The notes beneath the pieces were generated by a model. That model worked only from the letters and a program-made list of their open reading frames with translations, had not been told where the DNA came from and did no database searches. Below, piece by piece: positions 1 to 10,500 of a stretch of DNA of 64,000 bases (positions are counted from its first letter, which is position 1; every line of letters begins with the position of its first letter). The DNA is from an uncultured Pirellulales bacterium (GTDB lineage: Bacteria; Planctomycetota; Phycisphaerae; Sedimentisphaerales; SM23-30): assembly GCA_964537505.1 (NCBI GenBank), contig CAZICK010000002.1, forward strand, positions 5,975 to 69,974. The letters run 5' to 3'. Both the position numbers and the translations under genes were made by a program.

Positions 1-245
1 ATCCATCATTTATTAAAGGGTTAGCGATAAAATAATCGGTCCGTCGCTGATTGATCTCGTCGTATCACGATTGTCTCTGTGCCAACCACAACTGTCAACA
101 GAAACATTGTCCTGGGACATCGGGCCTGATGATCAGTTGGCTGTGAGATACAACGACGGCGAATCTCGCCGCCGCCGCGGGTGGGCATGACAACATCCAA
201 CAACCTGATCCTGGAGATTTCATCCAATATGCGGCGATATGGAAC

Positions 246-319
246 CGTCCCCGGCGGGATTCGAACCCACAACCTCTGGCTCCGGAGGCCAGCGCTCTAT
301 CCAATTGGGCTACGGGGAC
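246..319 (-). tRNA. tRNA-Arg (anticodon CCG)
   Basis: Hand-folded cloverleaf on the reverse strand. Acceptor GTCCCCG/CGGGGAC, anticodon stem CTGGC/GCCAG with loop CTCCGGA, T-arm GTGGG-TTCGAAT-CCCGC. 74 nt, CCA not encoded. Confidence 0.9.
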
Positions 320-398
320 AGACAGTCTTATCTTATATGGTTTATTCGTAAAAAGCGACTATAATTTTTCGGTGGCCGGGAATTGAACAGCAAATAAT

Positions 399-490
399 AT
401 TGATGTTGGTGTCAAAAGTCGATATTCACGCCTAAAAACGCCATTTGGGCGTCAGAATCGACGTTTAACCATCCTTTTGGCGATGTCGTA
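399..490 (-). repeat. Dispersed ~92-nt intergenic element, copy 1 (5' box degenerate)
   Basis: The reverse complement reads ...tcgattctgacgcccaaatggcgtttttaggcgtgaatatcgacttttgacaccaacatcaat. It aligns with copies at 13742, 14069, 21549 and 56549. It lies about 80 bp upstream of tRNA-Arg in the same orientation. Confidence 0.6.
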
Positions 491-669
491 ACAATTGGCC
501 CTGCCGGGGATTATCATGCCCATTTTGCGGAATCGCCGCAAAATTGATGATGTGCTTGAAATATTGAACTTTAAGGACATAATTGCTCGGCGGCGGTGTA
601 GTGTCGCAAAAGATGTCTTTGAAGGCCGGTGATGGTGGTCAGATATGAACGAAAACCGTTTTTGCCATA

Positions 670-1244
670 TTGGCTGTGATTGCGGTATCAGGCTGTACTC
701 GACAGAAGCATGTATCGAGTCTGTTGATTGGCGGGGAACCGGGGCGATATACCAGAAAAACCACCAAAGATGAATTGCCCCGGTTTGCTGACAAAACAAC
801 TTTTGCGGATTGCCTGGCATACGCTGCTTTGAATAATGCCGGCCTTGAAGCGGCTTTTAATCGCTGGAAAACCGCCCTGGAAAAGGTGCCACAAGTAAAC
901 TCGCTGCCGGACCCGCAATTCAGTTATAGCTATGAAATCGAAACCCGTGTTGGGCCTTAACGGAAGAAAACCTTTTGCTGTTGGGCAGTCTGGAAGAAGT
1001 GGCTCGGAGTAAATACGAAAGCGGACAAACTTATCAAACAGCGGTATTGAGGTTCCAGATCGATATCGGTAGAATGGAAGATCGTTTGGTTGGGCTACGT
1101 GATTTGCGTGGGCCTGTGGTTGCTCAGCTTAATGCCGTTATGAATCGACCGATCTATGCGCCGTTGCCCTGGCCAGAGGAGATACCACAGGAGGAGGTAA
1201 ATTTCTCGGACGAACAATTATTTGTCGGGCGCATTTTAATCTGA
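670..1244 (+). pseudogene. Decayed TolC/NodT-family outer-membrane efflux lipoprotein (two out-of-frame fragments, C-terminal half missing)
   Basis: ORF 670-960 has a lipobox-like AVSGC followed by FADCLAYAALNNAGLEAAFNRWKTALEKVPQVNSLPDPQFSYSYEIE, typical of the N-terminus of CusC/NodT-type factors. ORF 975-1244, in another frame, continues with coiled-coil-like TolC sequence. Total length is far short of the ~450 aa expected. Confidence 0.6.
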
Positions 1245-1272
1245 AGCGTTGCGCTTCAGATTAAAATGCGCC
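1228..1272. repeat. Perfect 21-bp inverted repeat (hairpin, 3-nt loop) between convergent genes
   Basis: ggcgcattttaatctgaagcg-ttg-cgcttcagattaaaatgcgcc. It sits exactly where the TolC-like reading frame ends. No flanking T-run. Confidence 0.7.
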
Positions 1273-1399
1273 AAAGAATAAACGAGGGAAGAAGGCCTTG
1301 TGGGCTGATAGGCCGCCCAGGAGAAGATTGTTGGGGGTGAGAGTTGTTTTTTTTTGTTTTCCGCAACAGGAGCTAAACAACCGTTTGCCTGCGTATTGC

Positions 1400-2584
1400 T
1401 CAGATTCCCAGTTCTTGTTTAGCCTCGGCGAATTTTTCGACGGCAAGGTCCAGGTCTTCCCTGCTGTGCGCCGCCGATATCTGAACGCGAATACGGGCCA
1501 TGCCTTTTGGAACCACCGGATACGAAAAGCCTATAACGTAAATGCCCTTTTGCAAAAGCAGATCCGCCATTTTCTGGGCCAGCGTGGCGTCTCCCAGCAT
1601 AACCGGCACAATCGGATGCTCGCCGGGAACAACATCCAGTCCGATTTTGTTTATCTGCTCTCGGAAATAGGCGGTATTTTCGTGCAGTCTATCGCGCAAA
1701 CGCGTAGAGCTTGACAACAGTTCCAGCACCTTGAGCGATGCCGAGACGATACTGGGCGCCAGCGTATTAGAAAAAAGATAGGGGCGTGACCGCTGCCGAA
1801 GCATATCGATAATTTCTTTTCTGCCGCTGGTGTATCCGCCGCTGGCTCCGCCCAGGGCCTTGCCCAGTGTGCCGGTAATAATATCCATGCGACCCATTGT
1901 GCCACAATGTTCATGAGTACCCTTGCCATGTCGTCCCAGCACGCCCACCGCATGGGAATCGTCCACCATCACCAAGGCGTCGTATTTGTCCGCCAGGTCG
2001 CAAATTTTATCGAGCCTGGCAATCAGACCGTCCATGGAGAACACCCCATCGGTAGCGATCATTCGGAATCTTGCTGAGGAGGCTTCTTTAAGTTTGTTTT
2101 CAAGATCGGCCATGTCGGAGTTTACGAACCGCAGTCGCTGCGCCTTGCACAGCCTTATGCCATCAATTATGCTCGCATGGTTGAGGCTGTCGCTGATGAC
2201 CGCATCTTCGGCGGTCAGCAGTGTTTCAAAAAGGCCGCCGTTGGCGTCAAAACATGAACTATACAAAATCGTATCCTCGGTCCCCAGGAACTCGGTGATT
2301 TTCTGTTCCAACTGCTTGTGGATTTGCTGAGTACCGCAGATAAAACGCACCGACGAGAGTCCATAACCCCATTTGTTATAGCTTTCCCTGGCCGCCTTGA
2401 TTATTTCCGGATGATCGGCCAATCCCAGGTAATTGTTGGCACAAAAGTTCAGCACCTTCTGCCCACTCTGCACCGAGATCATAGCGGCTTGCGGACTGGT
2501 TATGATCCGTTCCGACTTGAAAAGACCGGCTTCGCTTATCTGTTCCAGTTCCTTTGAGAGGTGAGTTTTCATTGTGCCAAACAT
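1400..2584 (-). CDS. kbl: Glycine C-acetyltransferase / 2-amino-3-ketobutyrate CoA ligase
   Basis: 394-aa ORF of the class-II aminotransferase (AONS/Kbl) family: [34 protein letters not shown]-lysine context GTLGKALGG. Adjacent to tdh as in the canonical kbl-tdh operon. Confidence 0.9.
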   Translation of the reverse strand: MFGTMKTHLSKELEQISEAGLFKSERIITSPQAAMISVQSGQKVLNFCANNYLGLADHPEIIKAARESYNKWGYGLSSVRFICGTQQIHKQLEQKITEFLGTEDTILYSSCFDANGGLFETLLTAEDAVISDSLNHASIIDGIRLCKAQRLRFVNSDMADLENKLKEASSARFRMIATDGVFSMDGLIARLDKICDLADKYDALVMVDDSHAVGVLGRHGKGTHEHCGTMGRMDIITGTLGKALGGASGGYTSGRKEIIDMLRQRSRPYLFSNTLAPSIVSASLKVLELLSSSTRLRDRLHENTAYFREQINKIGLDVVPGEHPIVPVMLGDATLAQKMADLLLQKGIYVIGFSYPVVPKGMARIRVQISAAHSREDLDLAVEKFAEAKQELGI

Positions 2585-2639
2585 GGCTTGCTCCTATGTT
2601 AAAATTTGTATTTATGGCACAGGTTGCGCCACTATTTTC

Positions 2640-3668
2640 TTATTCTTCCGCCCAGTCCAGAACGACTTTTCCGGATCGACCCGAAAGCATCGCTTCAAAA
2701 CCCTTCATAAACTCGGTATAGTGGAACCGATGCGTGATGACCGGCGATATATCCATACCGCACTGGATCAGGCTGGTTACTTTATACCACGTCTCGTACA
2801 TTTCCCTGCCATAAATGCCTTTGATGGTCAGCCCGTTAAAGACCACATAATCCCAGTCGATGGAGGTTTCGGGCAGTATTCCGAGTATGGCGATTTTACC
2901 ACCATGGCACATATTGGCCAGCATACTACGCAGAGCGTCCGGATTGCCGGACATCTCAAATCCGACGTCGAACCCTTCATGCATACCCAGTTTCTTGATG
3001 GCATCCTCAATTTTTTCGTTTTTGACATTGATTGTCAGAGTAGCTCCCATTTTCTTAGCCAGCTCCAAACGATAGGGATTGACATCGGTAATCACCACAT
3101 GACGTGCCCCGGCCTGCCTGGAGACTGCTACTGCCATTATCCCGATGGGACCGGCCCCGGTTATCAATACATCTTCGCCCACCAGATCGAAAGACAGGGC
3201 GGTGTGTGCCGCGTTACCCAGTGGATCAAAACAGCTAAGGACATCCAATGGTATATTACGATCACAGTACCATACATTCGTAACCGGGATAGACAAGTAT
3301 TCCGCGAACGCGCCGTCCCGATTAACCCCAATCCCTTTCGGATCCCGACACAAATGCCTCCGCCCGGCCAAACAGTTTCGGCAGCGACCGCAAACAACAT
3401 GTCCTTCGCCGCTGACCAGATCACCCGGACTGAAATCATGCACATTACTACCTATTTCTTCGATGGTTCCGACAAATTCATGGCCTATGGTCATAGGCGG
3501 CTTTATCGTCTTTTGGGCCCAGGCGTCCCAGTTATAAATATGAACATCAGTACCGCAAATAGATGTTTTCCGTATCTTAATAAGGACATCGTTGATACCG
3601 ATTACAGGAACGGGCACATCGCCCATCTCCAGACCGAGTCCCGGTCTCTTTTTCACCAGTGCTTTCAT
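2640..3668 (-). CDS. tdh: L-threonine 3-dehydrogenase (zinc-dependent MDR family)
   Basis: MKALVKK...[28 protein letters not shown] (structural Zn cysteines), ITGAGPIG. The start is set at the internal ATG (MKAL) preceded by aggag. The ORF is open to 3704. Confidence 0.9.
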   Translation of the reverse strand: MKALVKKRPGLGLEMGDVPVPVIGINDVLIKIRKTSICGTDVHIYNWDAWAQKTIKPPMTIGHEFVGTIEEIGSNVHDFSPGDLVSGEGHVVCGRCRNCLAGRRHLCRDPKGIGVNRDGAFAEYLSIPVTNVWYCDRNIPLDVLSCFDPLGNAAHTALSFDLVGEDVLITGAGPIGIMAVAVSRQAGARHVVITDVNPYRLELAKKMGATLTINVKNEKIEDAIKKLGMHEGFDVGFEMSGNPDALRSMLANMCHGGKIAILGILPETSIDWDYVVFNGLTIKGIYGREMYETWYKVTSLIQCGMDISPVITHRFHYTEFMKGFEAMLSGRSGKVVLDWAEE

Positions 3669-3850
3669 TAGTTCAACTCCTAAACCGGCAAGGGCCGGAA
3701 CCAAACAGGGTTATGTGAGAATTTGTATTGAGGTAAATATTTTGTGACCATTTTGCGCACAAATCCACTTGTAAGAGACTAAACTATACTATAATTAGTC
3801 CCCGCAGGATACCGGATTTGCCCAGCCAAAGCAAGGGCCATTTGTACATA

Positions 3851-4612
3851 TTATTTCAGGGAATCGCGTTGGGCGGTGAGTACGGCCGCGAAAGTCACAG
3901 CGGCGGTCTCCACCCGAAGAATGGCATCGCTTAGGCGGACAGGTTGGCCGCCGTGGTCTCGCAGAAGCATTTGTTCCTCGTCGGTCAACCCGCCTTCAGG
4001 ACCGATAAATGCCACCACATCGCTGCCTTCGCCTGCATCACCATGCCCCTGCTGAACCAGCGGCCCTCCTTCAGGGCTGCCGAACAGAACTCGCATCTGG
4101 AGATAATCCTTTTTGACCGTTTCCAATATCTGATCCAGCGGCACGGGCAAGTCGAGTTGTGGCAGGAACAGCCGACCGGACTGTTTGGCCGCCGCGATTG
4201 CCAAATTCCGCCACCGCTGGGCGATTTCGGGATTCTTGGGTTGTTTGACGGTCCGTTCGAATAATATCGGACATATCCGATCGACGCCAAGCTCGGTGCA
4301 CTTGGCGATCAGCCAGTCAAAGCGATCGCCTTTGGCAACCGCCGGGGCGATGATTATTCGCTGGTCTTTGGGTCTGGGTACAACCTGTAACTGTTCCACC
4401 TGCACTGTAGCTTTACGGGTCCTGGCGGTTGTCACTGTGGCAACCGCCAGCGTTCCACTGCCATCGAACAGCTCGACCTTATCACCTGCCTGCAATCTCA
4501 GCACCGCAGCCAGATGATGAGCCTCAGTGACAGAAAGCTCTATAGAGGCCTTTTTTATCGGACGACAATAAAAACGAAATATTTTCACAGCCACTCCCCA
4601 TTTATTTATCAC
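3851..4612 (-). CDS. rsmE: 16S rRNA (uracil1498-N3)-methyltransferase RsmE
   Basis: RFY motif near the N-terminus, PUA-like N-domain (AHHLAAVLRLQAGDKVELFDG), SPOUT C-domain (IGPEGGLTDEE). The real start may be the GTG at 4588, behind a ggggag RBS. Confidence 0.8.
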   Translation of the reverse strand: MINKWGVAVKIFRFYCRPIKKASIELSVTEAHHLAAVLRLQAGDKVELFDGSGTLAVATVTTARTRKATVQVEQLQVVPRPKDQRIIIAPAVAKGDRFDWLIAKCTELGVDRICPILFERTVKQPKNPEIAQRWRNLAIAAAKQSGRLFLPQLDLPVPLDQILETVKKDYLQMRVLFGSPEGGPLVQQGHGDAGEGSDVVAFIGPEGGLTDEEQMLLRDHGGQPVRLSDAILRVETAAVTFAAVLTAQRDSLK

Positions 4613-4831
4613 AATTATCTGACAGGCCCTAGATTACCAGTGTTTTTCAGCCGATAGAGGCTAAAGCGTTTAGTCTGGGTGAAATTGTGCCCGGAAGGAC
4701 GGTAAAATATTTATGTTAGTTCGAATTCACACAACTCCGTTTGGTTCTGAGTTTTCGTTTGGCTGGATGCTATTGCCAACATTATATGTTTAACCTCGGT
4801 TTTGCAAAACCCTAATTAGAAGATAAAAAAT

Positions 4832-5779
4832 ATGTCTGAGGAATCGTCAAAAGATAAAGATTCGGTTAACCGCGATCCGGAGACGCCGGCCGCTGATAAC
4901 AATTCTGAAGATTCGCCAGGTCGGACCACAGATTCTTCGAAGGACCCGGCAGATAAATCTAAATCCGACAAAACCCCCTCGAAAAGGACAAACCCGTCCG
5001 ATATAGACAGTCTTTTGTCGGACGTAACAGCCTCCCTGGATGACTTAGAAAACCAGTTAGGCGAATCGAGCAGTGACCCTGCGATGGACTTAGTGGATAC
5101 TACCGGCGGGTCCACACCCAACCGTAAAATAACCGGGGGAGAGAAGAACATGGATCTGACCCAAAAGAGTGACAAGCTCGACCAGGTTGACAGTACCCTG
5201 GAAGAACTGGAAAAGGAGCTTAGTAACCTGACCGAGGGAATAAACATCGAACAAGACGACGCAGAAGTATCCTCCGAGAGTGAAACTGTCCAGGAGAAAG
5301 GGTCGCCTTGTCAGGAAGAAATTAGTGAAGATAACATCGATGACTTTTTGTCCCAGGCTGCCCAGGAGATAACAGAGGACGAAGAAATCGACGAAGCACT
5401 GTCGATCATCGATCAGTTGCCAGACCTGGCAATGGACTCGCAGGAAGAGGAAAAAACAACAGACACACAAGCTCAATACACCACGGTCGAAGTGGACGAA
5501 GATACCGAGGAAAGCCAAGCCCAGCGGATAGTAACGGAAGAACCGGCTGAGATCGAGGGCAAAGAACAAACATCCAAACAGCAGCCGGAACGAACCACAA
5601 TCGACGATTCCGGCCAGTTTGGTCTGCCACAACGGGTGCTGATACAATCACTGGAGACGGCAAATAAACCGTTCGGCTTTGTACCGGAAGGGTTCAAGGA
5701 CACCCTTGGTCTCGTTGCGGTAGTTACTCTGCTTGTTGCCACAGTTGCCGCAGTACTGATACTTTGGGCCAGCAGTTGA
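4832..5779 (+). CDS. Highly acidic, low-complexity protein with a single C-terminal transmembrane helix (hypothetical)
   Basis: 315-aa ORF rich in D/E/S/T, ending in GLVAVVTLLVATVAAVLILWASS. No recognisable domain. Confidence 0.55.
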   Translation: MSEESSKDKDSVNRDPETPAADNNSEDSPGRTTDSSKDPADKSKSDKTPSKRTNPSDIDSLLSDVTASLDDLENQLGESSSDPAMDLVDTTGGSTPNRKITGGEKNMDLTQKSDKLDQVDSTLEELEKELSNLTEGINIEQDDAEVSSESETVQEKGSPCQEEISEDNIDDFLSQAAQEITEDEEIDEALSIIDQLPDLAMDSQEEEKTTDTQAQYTTVEVDEDTEESQAQRIVTEEPAEIEGKEQTSKQQPERTTIDDSGQFGLPQRVLIQSLETANKPFGFVPEGFKDTLGLVAVVTLLVATVAAVLILWASS

Positions 5780-5836
5780 CGGGGAAGAAGATCGGCTCTC
5801 ACCGCTTGAAGCCCTGTCATGCTGTTTGTTGTCATT

Positions 5837-5950
5837 TCACCCGCCATCGCCGCGTTTTTTGAGAATCAGTGCCGCTACAATCAAAACAACACCAACGATT
5901 GCAACAACCCATTGCCAGGTAGCAGCAACAATCAAGTTTAAATTTTCCAT
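5837..5950 (-). CDS. Small (37-aa) single-pass membrane protein, hypothetical
   Basis: ATG preceded by agaggag. Translation is MENLNLIVAATWQWVVAIVGVVLIVAALILKKRGDGG. Below the ORF-track size cut-off. Confidence 0.4.
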   Translation of the reverse strand: MENLNLIVAATWQWVVAIVGVVLIVAALILKKRGDGG

Positions 5951-6201
5951 AGTGTAAGCTCCTCTAAAACCTCATCAAACCATCCCATTTACAAATACCA
6001 AACACTTTTTTACGTGGGCGCAATTCTACCGGTCTAATCGGCCCGGTCAAGTCTTTTTATTTCAATTTCCTTGGAGAAAATGGCTGGATAAACACGATAT
6101 TATAGTCGAGGAATATGTGTGCAGGCGGTATCTGTACGCTGATATCGCCGTTTTCAGTACTGGCAACCGCATTTGGAGTTTTTGTTGTGGGAGACAAATA
6201 A

Positions 6202-7539
6202 ATGAATTCTGTCGGACACATAACAGTACTGTTGATTTTGTCAGTGGTGGTTTTGTTTCTGCACAGTCAAGCGGCGGCACAAAGCAGGGAAGATTACGGC
6301 TCTCTGGTAAAGCAAGTAGATATTTTACTGGGTGATACGGAAGAAGTCAGCCATTTGCCAAAGGAGAATATACCGAAAATCCACGGTTTTTTGGAGGGTC
6401 GGGTCGGTTATCGACTGGTCAAAGACGCGTTTGAAGACGACATGTTGATGGGAGAAACCCGGCTGCAACTTCAGACGTCCTCGAGGTTGAGTGCAATCGA
6501 ACTGAACTTTAAGGGCGATGCGATTGGGGATATGGTAACTGAACAGGGCGAATTCGATCTGCGTGAAGGGAATATCGCCTTTAACCTTTTTGGTTTTTCG
6601 GATGTCACCGTGGGAAGGCAGATTCTTACCTGGGGAACCGGCGATCTGGTGTTTATAAACGATTTGTTTCCCAAAGATTGGCGGTCGTTCTACATTGGTC
6701 GAGATGAGGAATATCTCAATGCCCCTTCTGACGCCGCCAAGCTGACACTCCACGGCGATTGGGCCAATCTTGATGTGGTTTACACTCCAAAATTCGATCC
6801 TGACCGCTATCCGACCGGTCAGAGACTCTCGTTTTACGACCCTTTATTTGGCGGGATCACCGGCGATCCCGTTATCAGTACTGACACACCAGATCGTTGG
6901 TTTCAGGATGATGAGATAGCAGTGCGGTTGTATAAGAACATTGACAATTGTGAATATGCCATTTACGCATATCGTGGGTTTTGGAAAAGTCCCAGCGGCA
7001 CAATACTATTCGAAGAGGTTTTTTTCCCTGATCTTAGTGTTTATGGCGCCAGTTTGCGTGGCGACATGGTCACCGGTACGGGCAATGTGGAATTTGGTTA
7101 TTATCAGTCCGACGACAACGAAAGCGGCAATGATCCTCTCGTAAATAATTCTGAACTGCGATTTCTGACCGGCTACACCAGCGAACTTTCCGAAGGTTAT
7201 ACGGCCAGCCTGCAATATTACCTGGAATACATGACCGACTGGAGCACTTACTATGCCAACCTGCCGATAGAACTACCTTTACGGGACCGTACCAGGCATC
7301 TGATAACCATGCGGCTGACCAGACTGCTGCTGAAGCAAAATCTGCGTCTGGACATGTTCACCTACTTCTCCCCGACCGACAAGGACGCATACTTACGGCC
7401 GAGCGCGAGCTACAAAATTAACGACAACCTGACCGTCGAATGTGGAGCAAATGTGTTCCTGGGAGATTACCCCAACACTGCCTTCGGACAGCTTCACAAT
7501 AACACCAATATTTACTCGGCGATCCGATACAGCTTCTAG
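6202..7539 (+). CDS. Putative outer-membrane beta-barrel (porin-like) protein
   Basis: Signal peptide (LLILSVVVLFLHSQAAAQ), alternating hydrophobic beta-strand pattern throughout, and a C-terminal ...YSAIRYSF with terminal Phe typical of BAM substrates. Confidence 0.6.
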   Translation: MNSVGHITVLLILSVVVLFLHSQAAAQSREDYGSLVKQVDILLGDTEEVSHLPKENIPKIHGFLEGRVGYRLVKDAFEDDMLMGETRLQLQTSSRLSAIELNFKGDAIGDMVTEQGEFDLREGNIAFNLFGFSDVTVGRQILTWGTGDLVFINDLFPKDWRSFYIGRDEEYLNAPSDAAKLTLHGDWANLDVVYTPKFDPDRYPTGQRLSFYDPLFGGITGDPVISTDTPDRWFQDDEIAVRLYKNIDNCEYAIYAYRGFWKSPSGTILFEEVFFPDLSVYGASLRGDMVTGTGNVEFGYYQSDDNESGNDPLVNNSELRFLTGYTSELSEGYTASLQYYLEYMTDWSTYYANLPIELPLRDRTRHLITMRLTRLLLKQNLRLDMFTYFSPTDKDAYLRPSASYKINDNLTVECGANVFLGDYPNTAFGQLHNNTNIYSAIRYSF

Positions 7540-7557
7540 CAAACACTACTACGATTG

Positions 7558-10500
7558 TCAATTCTCGTGCCAGCTTGTCATCCGGGACCAATCATCGATA
7601 AACAAGGCAAAGTCCGCTAAATCAACCGTACCGTTTCGATTCAAATCACCAGGCTGTTCTTCCCGGGTTACAAGCCAATCCGACGACTGTTTGCTGAAAT
7701 CTTCCAAATCGACAACACCGTCATTGGTTATATCCGCCAGCATCGCCCAACCATGCGGAGCCATACTCGCCTCGGTCGTGCCGCCGTAAGCGCCCATATT
7801 AAGCCGTAAGTTTACCCCCCATTGATTATCCGGATCGTCCGGCACGCTAATCGGCTCGTCACCTAGCGATGATGCCGGATTGCCCGCGTCGATACACCTG
7901 CTGGTTACCGTATCCTGTACCCAACTTTCAGCCTGGGCATCCCAACGCCAGCCTTCGCTTTTCAAATGGTAATCGCCGCCTGCAGTATCCACAAAAAACG
8001 GATCGACGTTGATATTATACACGCCGGAATAACCACCACGAATGTCACTGTATGAAATCGAAGCGTCACCGTCCACTTCGGTTATCCCCTCCACGCCACC
8101 ACCCCAGAGAATGCAGTTGGTGATAACCGCCCCGGCACCATATAAACTCCTGCCGCCATCCGCAATATTTCCGGCAAATGTGCAACTGGTTATGATTGGT
8201 TTGCTGCCATCCCTGCAATAAACGCCGCCGCCCATCCAGGCCGTGTTATCGCTGATCATTGAGTTGGTGATCGTCGGGGCACTGGCAAAGTTGAAAATCG
8301 CCCCACCTTCGTCGGCAACATTCTCGCTGAACGTACAGTTAATAATCGTTGCGTCGCTGTAGTAAATGTTGCGTATTCCACCGCCCCAGTCCATAGCAGA
8401 GTTACCGATAAAAACGCAGTCCACGATAGTGGGACTACTGGAGTAAATATTATTCATCCCGCCACCGTCGTTTCCGACCGCCGCATTACCGATGAATGTG
8501 CAATTGATAATCGTCGGACTGCTGCCGGTGTTATCTATCGCCCCGCCGTCCATACCAGCGGAATTTCCAATAAACATACAGTTGATAATTGTCGGACTAC
8601 TGCCGTCACAACGGATCGCGCCGCCACCGGGACGTACATCAAAATCGCCGTACGCATAACCGTTGGTAATGGTAAAACCGTCCAGGACAGACTCTTCGTC
8701 TTCCTCCCCGTGAAAATAAAACCCGCGATGAGGCTCCGCTTCCGTGCCGCTCGGATCGATGATACAATTGTCAGGACCGTTTTCACTTTTTACCGTGATA
8801 GCCCTTCCACCAAAATCAATATCGCGATTTCCCGTTCCGATGTATCTTCCGTCTGCCACCAGCACGGTGCCGCCGTGCCATGACCGGTCGATTGCCTCCT
8901 GAATAGTATCGCATTCGCCCGGAACATAGACTTCACCCGGCCCATTGGTGGTAAACGGATAGCATAAGCTGGTTGTCTTATTACCGGCGGCATCGGTAGC
9001 CTCGACAACAAAGAAATAATCCGTCTCTGGCAGGACACCGATTAATTCTATGCTATGGCTGGTCGCCGGACTCATGCGCACGCGCACGATCTCATTAGGC
9101 TCAGAGCAACTCTGACCACACAGCACCAACACTGATGCAGGCTCATTGGTTTCAAAGGTGACTTCAGGCTTAGGACCTGCCGGGTCAATCTCGACATTAC
9201 TTATAACCGGGCTTTCACAATCGGCCGCGGCCGTATCGGTTGCCACTGCCGAATTACCCGTGCCGTCGTCTTGATCTTCGTACGTTGCTGTGATAACGTC
9301 ATTATGGACCATTTGCAGTGTCCCGTCTTCAACGCTCACAGTGTCGGACGAACTCGAAATTGCCACGCCAAAAACACCGATACCAGCGATCGTTTCGGTC
9401 AAGCTGACCGTTTCCAAATCTCCGCTGGTGGTGGAAAGAGACACCTCCTCGATACCGCCGCCGGCCAGATCACCATCGGCCAGCCATATATCTATTGTGC
9501 CGGAACACGAATAAAAATCATCCTCAATCTTAACCACACCTGCAGAAGGGGCAGACGAAAGCACAGCGTTAAAAATATTAATGCGTCCATCTGACAGACA
9601 AATCCCGTCGGCGATAGGATCGGACGTCTCCATCAGAATCTCATATACGTCCGTGCAACTCAGGGTCGGATTCACCGCCAGTAACAGCGCGCAGGCGCCC
9701 GCGACATACGGACAGGCCATCGATGTGCCTGAGATAATTGTTGTGTAACCGTCATATACTGTGCCTCTCGACGTTCCGGCAGCCCGTAAAGACAAAATGT
9801 CAACTCCAGGCGCCGCCACGTCAACCAGGTTACCATAATTGGAAAACGGCGCTTTTTGATCGTTCGAATCGGTCGCCGCCACGGAAATCATATATTCGTA
9901 ACTGGACGGATAATGGACTTCATTGGTATTGTCGTTACCCGCCGCCGCTACCATTATCACACCCTGACTATGAGCATAATTAATCGCTTCCGCCATCGCT
10001 TCGGAATAATCGCCCCCGCCCCAACTGTTGGATATAACATCAGCCCCTTCCTCCACCGCGTAGTAAAGTGCTTCCATCGCACCGCTTGTCGGGCCGAATC
10101 CATCTTCATTCATAAACTTAAGACCCATTATCTGACCGTCCCAGCAGACCCCGCTGATATCCAAACCGTTATTGCCCTGAGCCGCAATTATCCCCGAACA
10201 GTGACTGCCGTGACCATGATCGTCGATAGGATCGCTGTCGCGGTTGACAAAGTCGTAGCCATATATGTCATCGATATAGCCGTTGCCATCATCGTCAATC
10301 CCAGTGCCTCCGTTCGCTTCCAGTTCATTGACCCACATATTGTTTTGTAAATCCCTGTGATTGTAGTCCACCCCGGTATCGACAACCGCAACCACAACAT
10401 CCGAACCACCGGTATATATATCCCACGCCTCGGGTGCGTCTATATCACAACCGTCAGTCCCAGGCGGGTGATTATATCTGCCGCTTTCCGGGTAATCCTG

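Noticed and set aside
21-304. 83-aa and 69-aa minus-strand ORFs at the window start
   Set aside because: They overlap tRNA-Arg and have no RBS or homology. The first 245 bp have stops in all + frames and appear noncoding.
246-600. Integrated mobile element at tRNA-Arg (and at the other tRNA loci)
   Set aside because: No integrase gene and no duplicated tRNA 3' end (att-like direct repeat) could be found next to any of the five tRNAs.
2574-3671. 365-aa + strand ORF
   Set aside because: It lies entirely antisense to the well-supported tdh gene. It has no recognisable motifs and is a typical shadow ORF.
4816-5847. Three antisense ORFs (143, 185 and 124 aa) opposite the acidic protein gene
   Set aside because: The low-complexity GA-rich coding strand generates long open antisense frames. 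Only the + strand frame has a start context and a C-terminal TM helix. Confidence in that gene is itself only moderate.
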